Shown here: piece by piece, positions 26,180-40,882 of the stretch
How positions within the stretch are numbered: the stretch's first letter is position 1
Layout of the letters: each line of letters opens with the position of its first letter
Origin: Eledone cirrhosa
Lineage: Eukaryota
Direction: 5' to 3'
Assembly (NCBI GenBank): GCA_964016885.1
Contig: OZ024741.1
Coordinates: 52,452,001-52,516,000, forward strand
DNA: 64,000 nucleotides
Made by a program: the position numbers and the translations under genes
The notes under the pieces: generated by a model
The model's input: only the letters and a program-made list of their open reading frames with translations
Databases searched by the model: none
Told to the model about the DNA's origin: nothing

Positions 26180-26960
26180 GCTATGAAGCTTTATGTTTGA
26201 GGCGACGGGATCGTGGTGGTTGTAACTCATCTATTTTTGCGTCTTCTTGGTAAGTATACAGCCTTCCTTTACTCACGCTCTCTATCGAAGGCCTCACAAC
26301 CCTCTCCAACTCCTTATAGTCAGCAGTATTGAACCACAAGTCCTGAGGAAAGAAGTGAGAAAACATGACATCTCCCTCATTGCTCCACATTTTCCCAAAC
26401 CTTCCCAGCTGTGGGAAACTTGCATGCTTGACCGTTGGAAGCTCTTTAAGTTCCCTGCCTAACCATTTGTCATTCCTTCGGTTGACATTTTGGTCCTGAA
26501 TAAATTTTCTTCATCAGAGAAAAATGAAAGTATTCCAGGCTCTTGATGTTTCAGCTTGGTCAACAAGTGCTTTGCGTAAATTAGATATTTATCTTTGCGT
26601 ACATAACTTGCCTTCACTGCACCACATGATTTATATCAAAGGCACAATTTTTCCGATAGTGTGCCTTGTAATTTTGGGCTCCTTAGAAATGGTGCTAATT
26701 GACTTTCTGGGGTTGTTATCGATATATTTCTGTAACCGTCGAACTAATTTGGATATTCTGATGGTATTAGAATCCTAAGAAGGTGTTTTACATTTTGCTA
26801 CTGTTATAGAATTTCTGTCAACGGCTTTAAGCACTTTACGGATTTTGAAAGCACACGACTGTGCAGCTTTCAGAAAGCGAGCAATTTCTAAATCACTATA
26901 CTCTAGGTTTAAATGAACGATTACAGCGTGACATTTCATTTCCTGAGTTAGCTTGATGTC
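26180..26960 (-). pseudogene. Degenerate Tc1/mariner-superfamily transposase
   Basis: HTH-like SDLEIARFLK, first catalytic motif FFSDE at about 26500-26525, SNEGDVMFSHFFPQ...YKELERVVRP...YTYQED. Several frameshifts; TIRs not identified. Confidence 0.8.
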
Positions 26961-27129
26961 TGTCATCAATTATCTGAAAACAAAAGTGATAATCAGAAGA
27001 ACAAAGAAAAAAAGCTAGAGCTATTAAAGGACGTGTCTTCAAAGTACTAACCAGCCCTATACATATACGAAGTAAACAGATCAACAGCATAAGAAAATGA
27101 TACAGTACAATGCAGATATATAATAGTTT

Positions 27130-27260
27130 AACGCTTGATATAGTGGAAAAAAGTTTCTTAACATTTCGGAGGTTAGTCCTTCATTAGTATATAGAATAAG
27201 ACATAAAAGAACGTAGATTGAGAAATAAAAGGAATAGAAAGATGGACGAGGGTAAAAAGA
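27130..27260 (-). mobile_element. Short pLTR-like family member with degenerate minimal HHR (27154-27192)
   Basis: The layout CTTGATATAG..GGAAAA...TTTCGG...CAT(C/T)AG is shared with 38388 and 45980. Confidence 0.5.
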
Positions 27261-27440
27261 GGAAGAAAAGGGACTAAATATATATATGAATTGTGTATTA
27301 TGTGTGTATGTATGTATATGTGTATGTGTGTGTGTGTGTAGAAACCTAGGTCACTTTCACGTTGATTTCAAGTGTAGGATCATCTGCTGTTCGAAAAATT
27401 GGAATACTCATCGTCACAACTGACAGAGGTCTAAAAATAA

Positions 27441-27508
<68 letters not shown>

Positions 27509-27692
27509 TGTGTGTGTGTTAGTGTGTGTGTGTAACAACAGTTACAGGTGGCATGCCGTTCGAAGTACTCAATGCTGTTACGAGGTCTGTTTCATTTGGG
27601 TGGTATTCCAGTCTTATGGCTGTAGTGAGCAAAGTGTAAATAGATTTGAAAGAGTTGAAGTCACTGTTGCAGCATATGTACAAACTTTACTT

Positions 27693-27777
27693 GCATATAA
27701 TTGTTTCGATATCGATCAGCTCAGGGTACAATCATTGTGACGGAGCCCGACTTTTTTCGACATCTCATCAAATATGC
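27693..27777 (-). ncRNA. Hammerhead motif, core UUGAUGA, extended stem II
   Basis: GCATAT-TTGATGA-GATGTCGA...TCGATATC-GAAA-CAA-TT-ATATGC. Confidence 0.65.
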
Positions 27778-27845
27778 GAGTTTAGATGTGTCTTTGCACA
27801 TATAATGTAATATGCAAATAAAGTTTGTATATATACTGCAAGACA

Positions 27846-27898
<53 letters not shown>

Positions 27899-27955
27899 CG
27901 CATGCATATAGATATGAATGTATAAATATATATAGTCATTATTCACACATACACG

Positions 27956-28063
<108 letters not shown>

Positions 28064-28372
28064 AGACGTGTGTAACTTCGCGGAGAAGTTTCCGTTAATT
28101 TATGTAAGAAAAAAACGTGAGTTTCTAGTTAAATTTTATATCATTGTGTAACTTGGCCCCCGTCTGAACCTTCAGGTGGTGGGTCAACTCATTTTCGCCC
28201 CTACAGAGGAGGAATATCCATTTGAAAATTTTTTCTCCATCGAATCTTTGAAAAAATATTGTAAAATTTTGATTACGTTATAAACGCTGCGTCCAACGAT
28301 AATGGTGGTGGAGAGGCGGTAAGACTACCAAGTTCGCAGTCAACAACGTCTTCTTCACTAGATACTATAGAG

Positions 28373-30248
28373 ATGGAAAGACGAAATGAAAACGTAAAAA
28401 CGAATTCATATTCAAACAACACAAATGACACCAAACAATTCAATGACAACAAAAATAACAGCAACACCAATAATTGTTTCTACTTTTGGCACAAGGCCAG
28501 CAATTACCCAGTGTATTACTGGTACTTTATTTTATCGACCCCATAAGGATGAAAGGCAACACCAATAATGATGATAAAAGCAACAATGATAACAACAACA
28601 AAGAAAAAAATAAAGACAACACCAATAACACCAGCATCAAAGAAAACAACACCACCAAGGAAAATACGGATGATACCAACATCGGTGACAACAAGAATAA
28701 CAACAACAATAACAACAATAATGACAACACCACCAATACGGATTCCACAAAGAAACCAAAAATCTCTTTTGCAGAGAAAGTTCAAAAAAAGGAAGAATTG
28801 ATATATCTCGACATAACAAATGCTGAACAACTTTTAAAGGACGCTAGGAGATATGTCAGTTTCGAAAAAATGGTGCTTTCAGCATCAATTCTCCGGTAGA
28901 AATTCGCAAGGAAACTGCTCTCAAAACGATAGTTTTTAGGACAGTTTCCAATTCTACCCGAAAACCAGTCCAATTGTCACAGAAAGAAATTGCACTGGTT
29001 TTCAAAAATTCAATGAATGATATTGCATTCATTCAAAGAAGCAAACTTTTTGGGAGTATTTCGGTACTCATGAAGGATCAATTGACGGCCCAAAATTACT
29101 CTGTGTCGCCAATTGTATCCAACCTGTACACTTTTTTCCCTACATACATGGGAAAAAGGAAACAAAAGATCAGAATCACGAGTGTCACACCAAAGGTGAA
29201 CATATGGTGGATACTGTGCGGCTTCATCAATTTTGATGAAGACAGAATACTGTCAGTAGGCAAGTCCCCCAGAGATGTATTCAATGGGAGTAACACTGAA
29301 GTTCTGGTGCAAATGAGCCCAGAGCGAATAGCTATGATCCCACAGCGTGTACTCCTGGACGGACTCACCTACATAAACTTTTCGGTTGAGGGTAGGCGGC
29401 CTTCATGCTACCATTGCTTTAGCAGGGGTCACCTGAGGGCTTCCTGTCCTAAATTAATGAACCAAAAAAAGGCTCTTCTGCCGACACCCATCAAAATAAC
29501 ATAACCACCAACACCACCACAACAACAACAACACCAACACACAAAAATAATCACAAAAAACACAGTCCCACCCAACCCCACTCCACCTAAAACCACTGCA
29601 AAATCACATACAGACACAACAGCTCCCCAAGACATAACCCTCCCCAATCACACAGACGATACAACAGATGAGGCTATCTCGCCATCACCCAGTGAAGACG
29701 AGGGAGAACCCCATCGCTCGAAAAGAAAGAAAAGACATCACAAAAGCAAAAAACCAGCAAACACTACCACAAACATACAACCACCAACACAAACAACAAA
29801 AACATCACAAACAAAACCCCCACCTCCTGAAAACAAAATACCTACAACAAAACGAAAGCACACACAAGAACTACAGACAAAAACAAACACAACACAAGAA
29901 AATTACACTTACACTTACATAAACACTGAAAACAAAACACTAATGGAGACCATCACGAACGACCCTTCGGTTTTCACCGAAGGGAAAACTTTCGCCCACT
30001 CTATTAAAAATAGCAAAAAACTGAACCTAAAACTGATTAGGGTCCCTATACAAACTTATAGGTCCCTAAAAGAAACATTTGAGAAGGATGTGGGTAATTC
30101 CTGCGTGAAACCACTCAACCGCGTCCTTCTCAAATGTCTCCCCACCCCAGACACCCCCATCCCACCAGATCCAACCCACCAAACATCTGCGTCCCCACCC
30201 CGCCGGAAACCACCACCCATCCAGACAACCCCTCCAACACCCCCATAG
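28373..30248 (+). pseudogene. Tx1 ORF1 (gag-like), disrupted
   Basis: SFAEKV motif and EGRRPSCYHCFSRGHLRASCP knuckle. Broken by a SINE insertion, a frameshift near 28870 and a stop at 29502. Confidence 0.75.
28475..28555 (-). mobile_element. 5'-truncated SINE (family A) inserted in Tx1 ORF1 with 14-bp TSD
   Basis: GCAACACCAATAAT at 28461 and 28556. Insert matches the 3' end of the SINE at 48465. Confidence 0.88.
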
Positions 30249-30322
30249 AAATCGTGCAGCCTGGTCCCCAGGAGGCAAAGGGTGAGTGATCTCTTTTCCT
30301 CTTTTAACTTTTCAGCACCAAC

Positions 30323-33300
30323 ATGGCCAATATAAGAGTTATTTGTGTGAACGTACGCGGCCTGGGGATGCCCTGGAAACAGGGCAAACTCTTAAACGAC
30401 CTCAGTTCGCACAGTATGGATGTGGTAGCCATTTGCGAGTCCAGGATCCACGGCGAGCGACAGCTGGCCCCCATCTTCGATGACTTTGAGATCTACGCAT
30501 CTCTCTGTCAACCGGGGAGTGGGGGCGGAGTTGCCGTTTTGCTGCGGAAACACCTGGACCTCGTAACACAGACGGTACATCTGAACCCGGAGGGTCGACT
30601 GGTGGTCCTAGACGTTGATGGTAGTGAAAGTGGAGCCTTCAGGCTGGTGGCCGCATATGCCCCATCCGGGACACCGCGGCCAGACTTCTTCAAACGTCTA
30701 GAGACTTTTCTGGGAACGTCCCGCTCCTTGCTTTTAGTGGGGGACTGGAATGGAATCCTAGATGCACGTTGGGACTATGTGGGACCATGTCCCGATAAAG
30801 GGGGGTGTAACAGCCTCAAACAGTTAATCGACCGATTTGACCTGGCCGATAGATATCGACTAGATTTTCCGACTGCGCCACTGTGGACGTGGAGTAATCG
30901 TAGCGGAACATCTAGATCGTACCTAGATAGGGTTCTAGTTAGAAATAAGGATAGGGACATGTTAAGCTGTCCACAAATGTTCATGGTTGCCTATTCAGAT
31001 CACAAACTAGTGACCTGCATGGCCAACCTTGATAGAACCCATACCCAAGGACCCGGCTACTGGAATCTGAACTTGTCGTTACCGACAAGCAAAGCCTACA
31101 GTAGACGGATTAGCACTTTAGTTAAACAGCACTTGACAGGGGCCATTGTCAACAACAGATGGTGGTACTCTCTCAAGAGGGCAGTTAGATTAGACTCGAT
31201 AGTTTTTAGTAAAGAATTAGCGTTAGATAGAAATAGAACCGAGAAGGAACTGGTAGATAAAGTAGAAGAGGCAATTAGAAGTGGCAACGTAGCCAGCGTG
31301 CTAGCAACGAGAACGGCCTTGGACCAGTTCTTCGACGCAAAGCACGAGGGCTGCGTTGTCAGAAGCAAAATACGTGCTCTGGGAAACGAGGGAGCCAAAG
31401 CTGTTAGCTGGGCCCGAGTGACAGAGGCAAAAAGTGGCAACAAGTCCACGATTCGGTCTTTGAAGGACCAAAACGGACGCGTGATACGTGAGCCGAAGCA
31501 GATGTGTGCGGCTTTTCAGCGGCACTTTGCTCAGCTGTTCGGGGGCGGCGGCGCGCCGGGAGAGGCTATGGATTTCGGTCCATACCTCGACGGCCTACCG
31601 CGACTCTCGGACAGCGAGGCAAAGTTCTGCGAAAAGCCGATTTCATCCACTGAGATAGGGGACGCGCTGAGCCAATGCAGCAAACGCAAATCTCCAGGTC
31701 TCGACGGTTTACCCTACGAATTTTACGTAGCAATGCCGGACTTATTCTCCGGTCTCCTGGAAGCGGTCTACTGCAACTGGCAACAGAACGGGAGAATTCC
31801 CAGTTCTGTAACCGGGGGCGTGGTCACACTAATCAGGAAGGACGAGAATAAGGGGGATGACATAGGCAACTTCCGGCCCATAACTCTGCTAAACACAGAA
31901 TTACAGATTTTGGCCAAGGTGTTGGCAAAGAGGCTGGCGCTTGTCGTCGAGAACCTGGTGGGAGAAGCGCAGACATGCGCAATCCCGACCAGGTCCATAC
32001 ACGACAACCTCCACCTCATGCGATACATCATAGAGAGGGTAGGGTGTAAACCCGGCTTCGGTGGGGCCCTGATCAACTTGCATCAGTCTAAGGCTTTCGA
32101 TAGGGTTGACCATCGTTACCTGGATGCGGTGCTCGAGGCGGCAGGCTTCGGACCCGTGTTCAGGGGTTGTATTGCTGCAATGCACAAAAGCAACATCTGC
32201 TCAAGGGTCAAGGTGAACGGCTACCTCTCGGAGCCGTTCTATATTACGCGATCCATTCGACAGGGATGCCCTCTCTCCTCCCTTCTGTACGTACTGACTC
32301 TCGAGCTACTACTGCGGAAGTTGGAGCTATTGCAGGGCATTCCTCTGGAACCGGTACTGTGGAAAGCGGCGTCGGCCTACGCCGACGACGTGACAGTAAT
32401 GGTGTCGAGCGCCTCGCAAATCGAGGAAGTCGGCACCTTACTGAAGGAATACGAAAGTTTCACAGGAGCGAAGCTGAACCGGGACAAGTCCATCGGTTTG
32501 CAACTCGGATCGTGGAGAGGCAAACCGATGCCTTCCGATGGCGTCGTCGGACGCTGGACGGAAGGACCGGTAAAGCTGCTCGAGGTCTGGTTTGGTCCGG
32601 ACCTCCAGGTGGAGAAGAACTGGAACGAAGTGACGGCCAAGGTGTTTGCACTCACCCAGAAGTGGGCCGAGTGCAAACTATCCTTGAAAGGTCGAGCGGA
32701 GGTGGCGAACACTTTTATAGCGTCCGCCATCTACTACCACTTGACCGTCGTGCCTTGTCCAGTCAAAACGCTCGCCAAAATGGAACGCGCGCTCTTCAGA
32801 TTCCTTTGGAAGAGGCGGGCTCCTTTGGTGAGAAGATCCATCTGCTGCCAACACCCTTCTAACGGAGGGCTGGGGATGCCGTGGTTGACCATGCGCAAAC
32901 ACGCGCTCAGGCTGCGGCATCTCTACGTATTCCTCACCAGACAGCCGGTGTGGGCCCCGTTCGTGAGGCGAGCCTTCCCACGACTCGTCTCGCTGACCGA
33001 GCTGCAGTCCTAGGTCAAGCAAAGACCGAGGAAAATGGGCGACTGGCACATCGAATGTGCTCAGGCGCTCACAGCCCTCTGGCAGGCCGACCCGGCGATC
33101 AGTAGAGACTCCACTTCGTCATTCTATAGAGCGTTGATCCGCAGCAAGTGCGACGACGCGCTCGGTGAAACTCTAGGCGTAGAGGAAGATGAACTGGCCA
33201 GTCTGTTCGATAGGACCTTCCGCCCGGGACCGATGGACAACTTCCAAAAGTCCCTGGCCTGGCAGTGCTACCGAGGAGCTCTACCAGTTCGAGACAAGCT

Positions 33301-33760
33301 CTACAGACATGGGCGCCCGGGTAGGGACCCTGCAAAAAAGATCTGTCCGAGGTGCGTGCGAGACGAAGAAACCGTCGCGCACGCATTCATACACTGCCCG
33401 GGCGTCACTGACCTGTGGGGATATGTAGAACGACTATTGTCGCGGGTGGGACCAATCCAGTTGACCACCGAGTCCATTGTCATGATCAAACCGCCACCCT
33501 CCTTCAAAAACGAAGGAGAGGCGGTTTTCCTTTGTGTGATAGCTATGGCGAAAGAGGTTGTATGGTGGACAAGGTTGAAAGGGCTGAGGTCAGACACCTT
33601 TCTCTCCGGCCAACAACTGATTCTTTTTTTCAAATACCACTTTGGAAGAAGAATCAGAATGGAGAGAGAGGTGCTGTACCCCAGCAAGTTTTATGAAAGG
33701 TGGGTGAAAGTGGCGAGAATGGCCCGAGCGAATGGGCCTTCTCTCTATATCAGCCTGTAG
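30323..33760 (+). pseudogene. Tx1 ORF2: AP endonuclease + reverse transcriptase + C-terminal zinc finger, one in-frame stop
   Basis: VNVRGL, GDWN, YLDR, SDH; KSPGLDG, FRPITLLN, RQGCPLS, YADD; CPRC..ETVAHAFIHC. TAG at 33011 corresponds to TGG in the paralog at about 35445. First catalytic Asp replaced (LHQSKAFD). Confidence 0.93.
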
Positions 33761-34444
33761 GTTGAGGAAAAGGAGGAGGAGAGGAAAGGAGTACAAACTC
33801 TTCGTACTCCTGGAGATGAGGGTTGCACATTTTTTTTCGGGGGTATGTGTTACCCATATAAACTGTCTCCCTCTATTGGGGAAAATCGACTAACTTTTTA
33901 AATTCCATTTGTGATAACATTTTACACGTTTTTATTGTATGTAAACTACCCCCTTTGTATTTGTCCCCTTCTTTTGTGCCCCTGTGGCTAATAAAGAAAC
34001 ATATCTATCTATCTATCTATACATATATATATATATCTTGCTATCTATTTCTATTTCTCTTTATGTAGTTATCTATACGCAACTGTATATGTAATCATAT
34101 ATTTTGTTGCACTTATACATGAAAAGTATTCCGAGTTTTGTTGCATATCTATTCGTTTATTCTTATATAATTAAACAAGCTTATTTTGTAGAGTCAATAT
34201 ATTTGATGTTAGCTTTAATCTTATTTGCTATTGTTCTTGTCTTCCAAGCAGGCATTTAGCCAATATTTATTATTTTGAAAAGGAATATTGAGAAGTGGTG
34301 CATACTGGAAACAATAGTGCGACAAATTAGAAGCCTTTAAGAGAGGAAGATATTCAGGTACGTTTCTCAGAGTACTCTGTTCAAATGTCACCAAAGTTAC
34401 TGAGCGATAAATACTTCCCTGTCAAAAATTATTTTAGATTATGT

Positions 34445-34990
34445 ATTTACAGATGGGCATGAGCAGTTCGTGACAAGCTCTACAGGCCCAGGTATGCTAA
34501 GACCCGGAACTGTTCGAGATGCACGTAGGGCGACGAAATCGTCCTGCATGCTATCGCCCAGTGCTCGTGCATTTGAAGATTTGTAGGCTTGTGCTGAACA
34601 ACTGCTATCATGAGTAGAACAGATCCGGCTATTGGCCGAGTCTATAGGGAATATTGAACTATCACATTCTTTTTGCCTGGTAGCTATGGTAAAGGAAGCT
34701 GTATGGTGGACTTTCCTAAAATGATTGAATACAGGACTTTTCCTCACTAGCTATGCCCTCATCAATTTCCTCAAGTTTTACTGGAGAATGAAGGTGAGGG
34801 TCGAGAAGGGAAGAGCTGCCTTTCAGCGTGTTTTAAGATGAGAGAGGCGAGATTGACACGACTGAATGGGCCTACTCTGACTCTGCATAGCAGGCTCTTT
34901 CAATGCCTGTGAGGCAACCCAGGGTTCTGTGTGTGGTTTTCCCTGGAATTACCCTAAAGTAAAGATTCCCCACTATGGGGGAACTGGTCT
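34445..34990 (+). mobile_element. Old degenerate 3' fragment of a Tx1-like element
   Basis: GTTCGTGACAAGCTCTAC..., GCTATGGTAAAGGAAGCTGTATGGTGGAC and AATGGGCCTACTCT align with 33287-33750. Confidence 0.75.
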
Positions 34991-35274
34991 TTGTTGAGAT
35001 TCGTTATTGTTATTGTTTTCTAATATTTTGTATATTTATTACAAATTCCATTATTGTTATCCTATTGTTTTTTCTTCGGTGAGGTTCTCCTTCCTTCCCT
35101 CAATGATGACGTTTTGATGATGAGAATGATGATGACGATATTGAGGATGATAATAATGATGATGACGATAATGATGATAATAGAATGATCTTGATGAAGA
35201 TGCTAATGATGATAGAGTAATGATGAGTAATGATGATGGTGTGGTGATGATGATTATAATAATAATAATAATAA

Positions 35275-35411
35275 TTGTTTCTACTTTTGGCACAAGGCCA
35301 GCAATTACCCAGTACATTACTGGTACTTTATTTTATCGACCCCGTAAGGATGAAAGGCAAAGTTAACCTCGGCGGGATTTGAACTCAGACCGTAAATGGA
35401 CGTAACTATGC
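35275..35411 (-). mobile_element. SINE family A, 5'-truncated
   Basis: Reverse complement of about 48515-48655. (ATT)n tail. Confidence 0.85.
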
Positions 35412-36432
35412 TCCCAGCTCATCTCCTTGACGGAGCTGCAGTCCTGGGTCAAGCGAAGACCGAGAGGGAGCGCTTGGAGACTGGAATGTCTTCAGGCGCT
35501 CACAGCCCTCGACCAATCGGGCAATGTGGTCGGTGGAAACTCCACCTTGGCGTTCTATAGAGGATTAGTGGAGGGGAAGAGCGACGACGTACTTGAGGAA
35601 ACTCTAGGCGTCGACGAAAATCAACTAGCCAATCTCTTTGGAAGAACTTTCGGGCCGTGGCCTATGGACAACTTCCAGAAATCCCTGGCCTGGCAGTGCT
35701 ACCGAGGAGCCTTGCCAGTTCGGGATAAACTCTACAGGCATAGAGGTGCCGTCAGCCGGGCATGTCCGAGATGCGCGCAGGGCGACGAAACCGTCCTGCA
35801 TGCACTCGTCCAGTGTCCGAGCATTGCTGACTTGTGGGTTTATGTCGAACACCTGCTGTCACGTGTAGAACGGATCTGACTATCAGCTGAGTTCATCGTG
35901 AGGATTGCCCCGCTCTCTTCCTTTAGCCGGGAAGGGCAGGCAGTTTTTATCTGTCTGGTGGCCATGGCGAAAGAGATAGTATGGTGGACGCGTCTGAAAG
36001 GCCTTAAAACGAGCACTTACCTCTTCGGTGATGCCCTGATTAACTTTTTCCAATTTCATTTGAAAAGGAAAATCAGGGTAAAGAGGGAGGTGCTCTCTTC
36101 CCAGCTTTTTGTTGAAAGATGGGTGAGAGAGGCTAGAATGGCCCGAGTGAGTGGACCTACTCTGAGTATATGCCTGCAAATTGAAAGTGGAAAACTGGGA
36201 GAGGACAATCGCCCTGGTGGTCAGGGTGACCGTGGCTTTTTAATGGGCTTTCTCCATGATGGCCCTCGGAAGTCTCCCCCCTATTGGGAAATTTTTTCAT
36301 TGTTCTATTATTACATCCTCTGTTTTTTTTTTGTTTTTTACACGCTGAAATGCCCATTTGTACCGTCCTGTATTGTCCTGTACTGTCCTTAATGTCTATT
36401 TTGTGTTAACCCTTGTGGTTAATAAAGAAAGC
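35412..36432 (+). mobile_element. 5'-truncated Tx1-like copy (related subfamily)
   Basis: TELQSWVKRRPR...PMDNFQKSLAWQCYRGALPVRDKLYRH...CPRC. Ends CTTGTGGTTAATAAAGAAAG followed by (TAT)n. Confidence 0.88.
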
Positions 36433-36583
36433 ACTATTATTATTATTATTATTATTATTATTAGGGTTATGTTGATGTGTGCAATGATGATGACAATAAT
36501 GATGATTATGTTTATGATTACGAAGACGGTAATAACGGTGGTACTGTAGACGATGCTGAGAGAGACGATAATGAAAATGATGG

Positions 36584-36616
<33 letters not shown>

Positions 36617-36868
36617 GGGTGATGATGATAAAGATGGAGGGTGTGGAATTGACCGCGGCCGTGGTATATATCGTTTCACCGCAGGCGAAACAACACTTAG
36701 TGGGTATCAGGTCATTATCTGCGTTAGACATCGTTATAGAAAATGTTTGGTCGGGTGGCTTGGGGAGAGTATCGTGTAGAAGTGACGCAGTGTTGTAATT
36801 TTCTTTGGTGGCTTGGGGTGTGTATAAAGTAGAACTGACGCAGTATTGTAAGATGGACGGGAGCGTTG

Positions 36869-37970
<1,102 letters not shown>

Positions 37971-38225
37971 AAAGATATGAAAGTGTGTGTGTGTGGCGTT
38001 ATTACAGTAAATCATTTGTTTCGGTAGGTGGTCGTGTTTCAGCGAACCCCTTGTCCCCTTACCCCTTTATGGCTCTTGCACTAATTAATGACCAATCTTA
38101 AACAACGTTGTCTGTCGTCAAACTGATGTAGGACAGGCAGACTAAAATTGCATAGACTTATCAATAAATTTATATATCTATATATGACTGTATGAGTATA
38201 TATTTATATTTATATTTATATATAA

Positions 38226-38273
<48 letters not shown>

Positions 38274-38275
38274 GC

Positions 38276-38322
<47 letters not shown>

Positions 38323-38384
38323 ATTGTAAATGGAAAAGTAAACTGATAAACAAGGCAGGAAAACGATATAGATATATATTGGTT

Positions 38385-38500
38385 GAACGCTTGATATAGC
38401 AGGAAAAGAGATTCAATGTTTCGGACGTTAGTACTTCATCAGATGATAGAATGAGATATAAAAGAAGAAATAGGAAGATAAACGAGAGTAAAAGGGGGAA
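38385..38500 (-). mobile_element. Short pLTR-like family member with minimal HHR (38408-38448)
   Basis: CTGATGA-AGTACTAACGTCC-GAAA-CAT-TG; cleavage site degenerate. Confidence 0.5.
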
Positions 38501-39035
38501 GAAACGGAAAAATGTATGCACATCTATCTGTATGTTGGCCCTCCGTCGGTTCCGATTAAGTGTGTTTCAGTTACGATTGATGGAACATCTTGCCCGTGAA
38601 ATAGACATGCATGTCTTGTATCCTTACGTATTTCTCAAGGAGATTCTGCATTAGAACTCAATCAGTGTATCCGGTGTATATTACTCTAAACATGAAGTCC
38701 TTGCCGTTCCTGAAGGAAACATACTTGAAAGTATTACCCAAATCGAGGTCTATTATACTATCGACCCCTTTTTTAACTAAATAGAGCTCCAAACTAGTAT
38801 CCCACACTGGTAAATATATAGGAAAAGGAAGTTGGAAATGCATTTGGAATCTTGAAGGAGGTTTATGAACAATAACTTTACCGGTTTCGCACCCGCGTTA
38901 CACGACGGCATAGCCACATATCTCTTCATACCTCTTAACTTTTGAAAATCATGAAACTTGTGAAAGTTAAAATTTCTTTTAAATAAACCTTCTTACAGCC
39001 TCTAAATACATTTACAACTTCTTTATATGTATATT

Positions 39036-39082
<47 letters not shown>

Positions 39083-39215
39083 GGAGAGAGAGATAGGTAT
39101 ATATATATATATATGAATATAGACATAGAATATTCGAAAATATTCTGTATGTTTATAATAAACATTTTGAAGACCTAATCGCTATAGAATAGAATACGTC
39201 ACGTATTATAATTAG

Positions 39216-39304
39216 ATTCTCGATAAAAGCAAGGGAAGTAATCTACGCGTTTCATTCTCGTTAGAAATCATCAGGACTACATATCCAGTGCTTTTATCGA
39301 GAAT
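39216..39304 (-). ncRNA. Type I hammerhead ribozyme, left arm copy 1 (others start at 39526, 39836, 40146, 40456)
   Basis: Reverse complement of the motif at 40794-40882. Confidence 0.9.
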
Positions 39305-40793
39305 GACACAGCTAGAGACTTATAGAATACTTAGCTGTGTACAGGAACTGGTTTGAAAGAGCGGTTGCCGGTCCGGCAGAAATTAGAAATTGGAATAAAT
39401 GCTCTGAAATAGCGATATATATGTGAATATAGACATAGAATATTCGAAAATATTCTGTATGTTTATAATAAACATTTTGAAGACCTAATCGCTATAGAAT
39501 AGAATACGTCACGTATTATAATTAGATTCTCGATAAAAGCAAGGGAAGTAATCTACGCGTTTCATTCTCGTTAGAAATCATCAGGACTACATATCCAGTG
39601 CTTTTATCGAGAATGACACAGCTAGAGACTTATAGAATACTTAGCTGTGTACAGGAACTGGTTTGAAAGAGCGGTTGCCGGTCCGGCAGAAATTAGAAAT
39701 TGGAATAAATGCTCTGAAATAGCGATATATATGTGAATATAGACATAGAATATTCGAAAATATTCTGTATGTTTATAATAAACATTTTGAAGACCTAATC
39801 GCTATAGAATAGAATACGTCACGTATTATAATTAGATTCTCGATAAAAGCAAGGGAAGTAATCTACGCGTTTCATTCTCGTTAGAAATCATCAGGACTAC
39901 ATATCCAGTGCTTTTATCGAGAATGACACAGCTAGAGACTTATAGAATACTTAGCTGTGTACAGGAACTGGTTTGAAAGAGCGGTTGCCGGTCCGGCAGA
40001 AATTAGAAATTGGAATAAATGCTCTGAAATAGCGATATATATGTGAATATAGACATAGAATATTCGAAAATATTCTGTATGTTTATAATAAACATTTTGA
40101 AGACCTAATCGCTATAGAATAGAATACGTCACGTATTATAATTAGATTCTCGATAAAAGCAAGGGAAGTAATCTACGCGTTTCATTCTCGTTAGAAATCA
40201 TCAGGACTACATATCCAGTGCTTTTATCGAGAATGACACAGCTAGAGACTTATAGAATACTTAGCTGTGTACAGGAACTGGTTTGAAAGAGCGGTTGCCG
40301 GTCCGGCAGAAATTAGAAATTGGAATAAATGCTCTGAAATAGCGATATATATGTGAATATAGACATAGAATATTCGAAAATATTCTGTATGTTTATAATA
40401 AACATTTTGAAGACCTAATCGCTATAGAATAGAATACGTCACGTATTATAATTAGATTCTCGATAAAAGCAAGGGAAGTAATCTACGCGTTTCATTCTCG
40501 TTAGAAATCATCAGGACTACATATCCAGTGCTTTTATCGAGAATGACACAGCTAGAGACTTTTATCGAGAATCTAATTATAATACGTGACGTATTCTATT
40601 CTATAGCGATTAGGTCTTCAAAATGTTTATTATAAACATACAGAATATTTTCGAATATTCTATGTCTATATTCACATATATATCGCTATTTCAGAGCATT
40701 TATTCCAATTTCTAATTTCTGCCGGACCGGCAACCGCTCTTTCAAACCAGTTCCTGTACACAGCTAAGTATTCTATAAGTCTCTAGCTGTGTC

Positions 40794-40882
40794 ATTCTCG
40801 ATAAAAGCACTGGATATGTAGTCCTGATGATTTCTAACGAGAATGAAACGCGTAGATTACTTCCCTTGCTTTTATCGAGAAT
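40794..40882 (+). ncRNA. Type I hammerhead ribozyme, right arm copy 1 (others start at 41104, 41414, 41724)
   Basis: ATTCTCGATAAAAGCA..GTAGTC-CTGATGA(40824)-T TTCT AACG AGAA T-GAAA-CGCG-TA-GATTAC..TGCTTTTATCGAGAAT. 6-bp proximal and 16-bp distal stem I. Confidence 0.9.

Larger units (their letters stand above)
28064..34000 (+). mobile_element. Near full-length Tx1/L1-clade non-LTR retrotransposon
   Basis: ORF1 with CCHC knuckle, ORF2 with APE-RT-zinc finger, 3' end CTGTGGCTAATAAAGAAAC, (TATC)n on both sides. Confidence 0.92.

Noticed and set aside
26505-26520. TCATCAG as a minus-strand hammerhead core
   Set aside because: It encodes FSDE of the mariner transposase.
33011-33013. Separate third ORF in the Tx1 element
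   Set aside because: Same frame as ORF2, and the paralog has TGG at this codon.
34283-34357. AG/GT-bounded candidate exons here and at 42127-42186
   Set aside because: Stops in all three frames.
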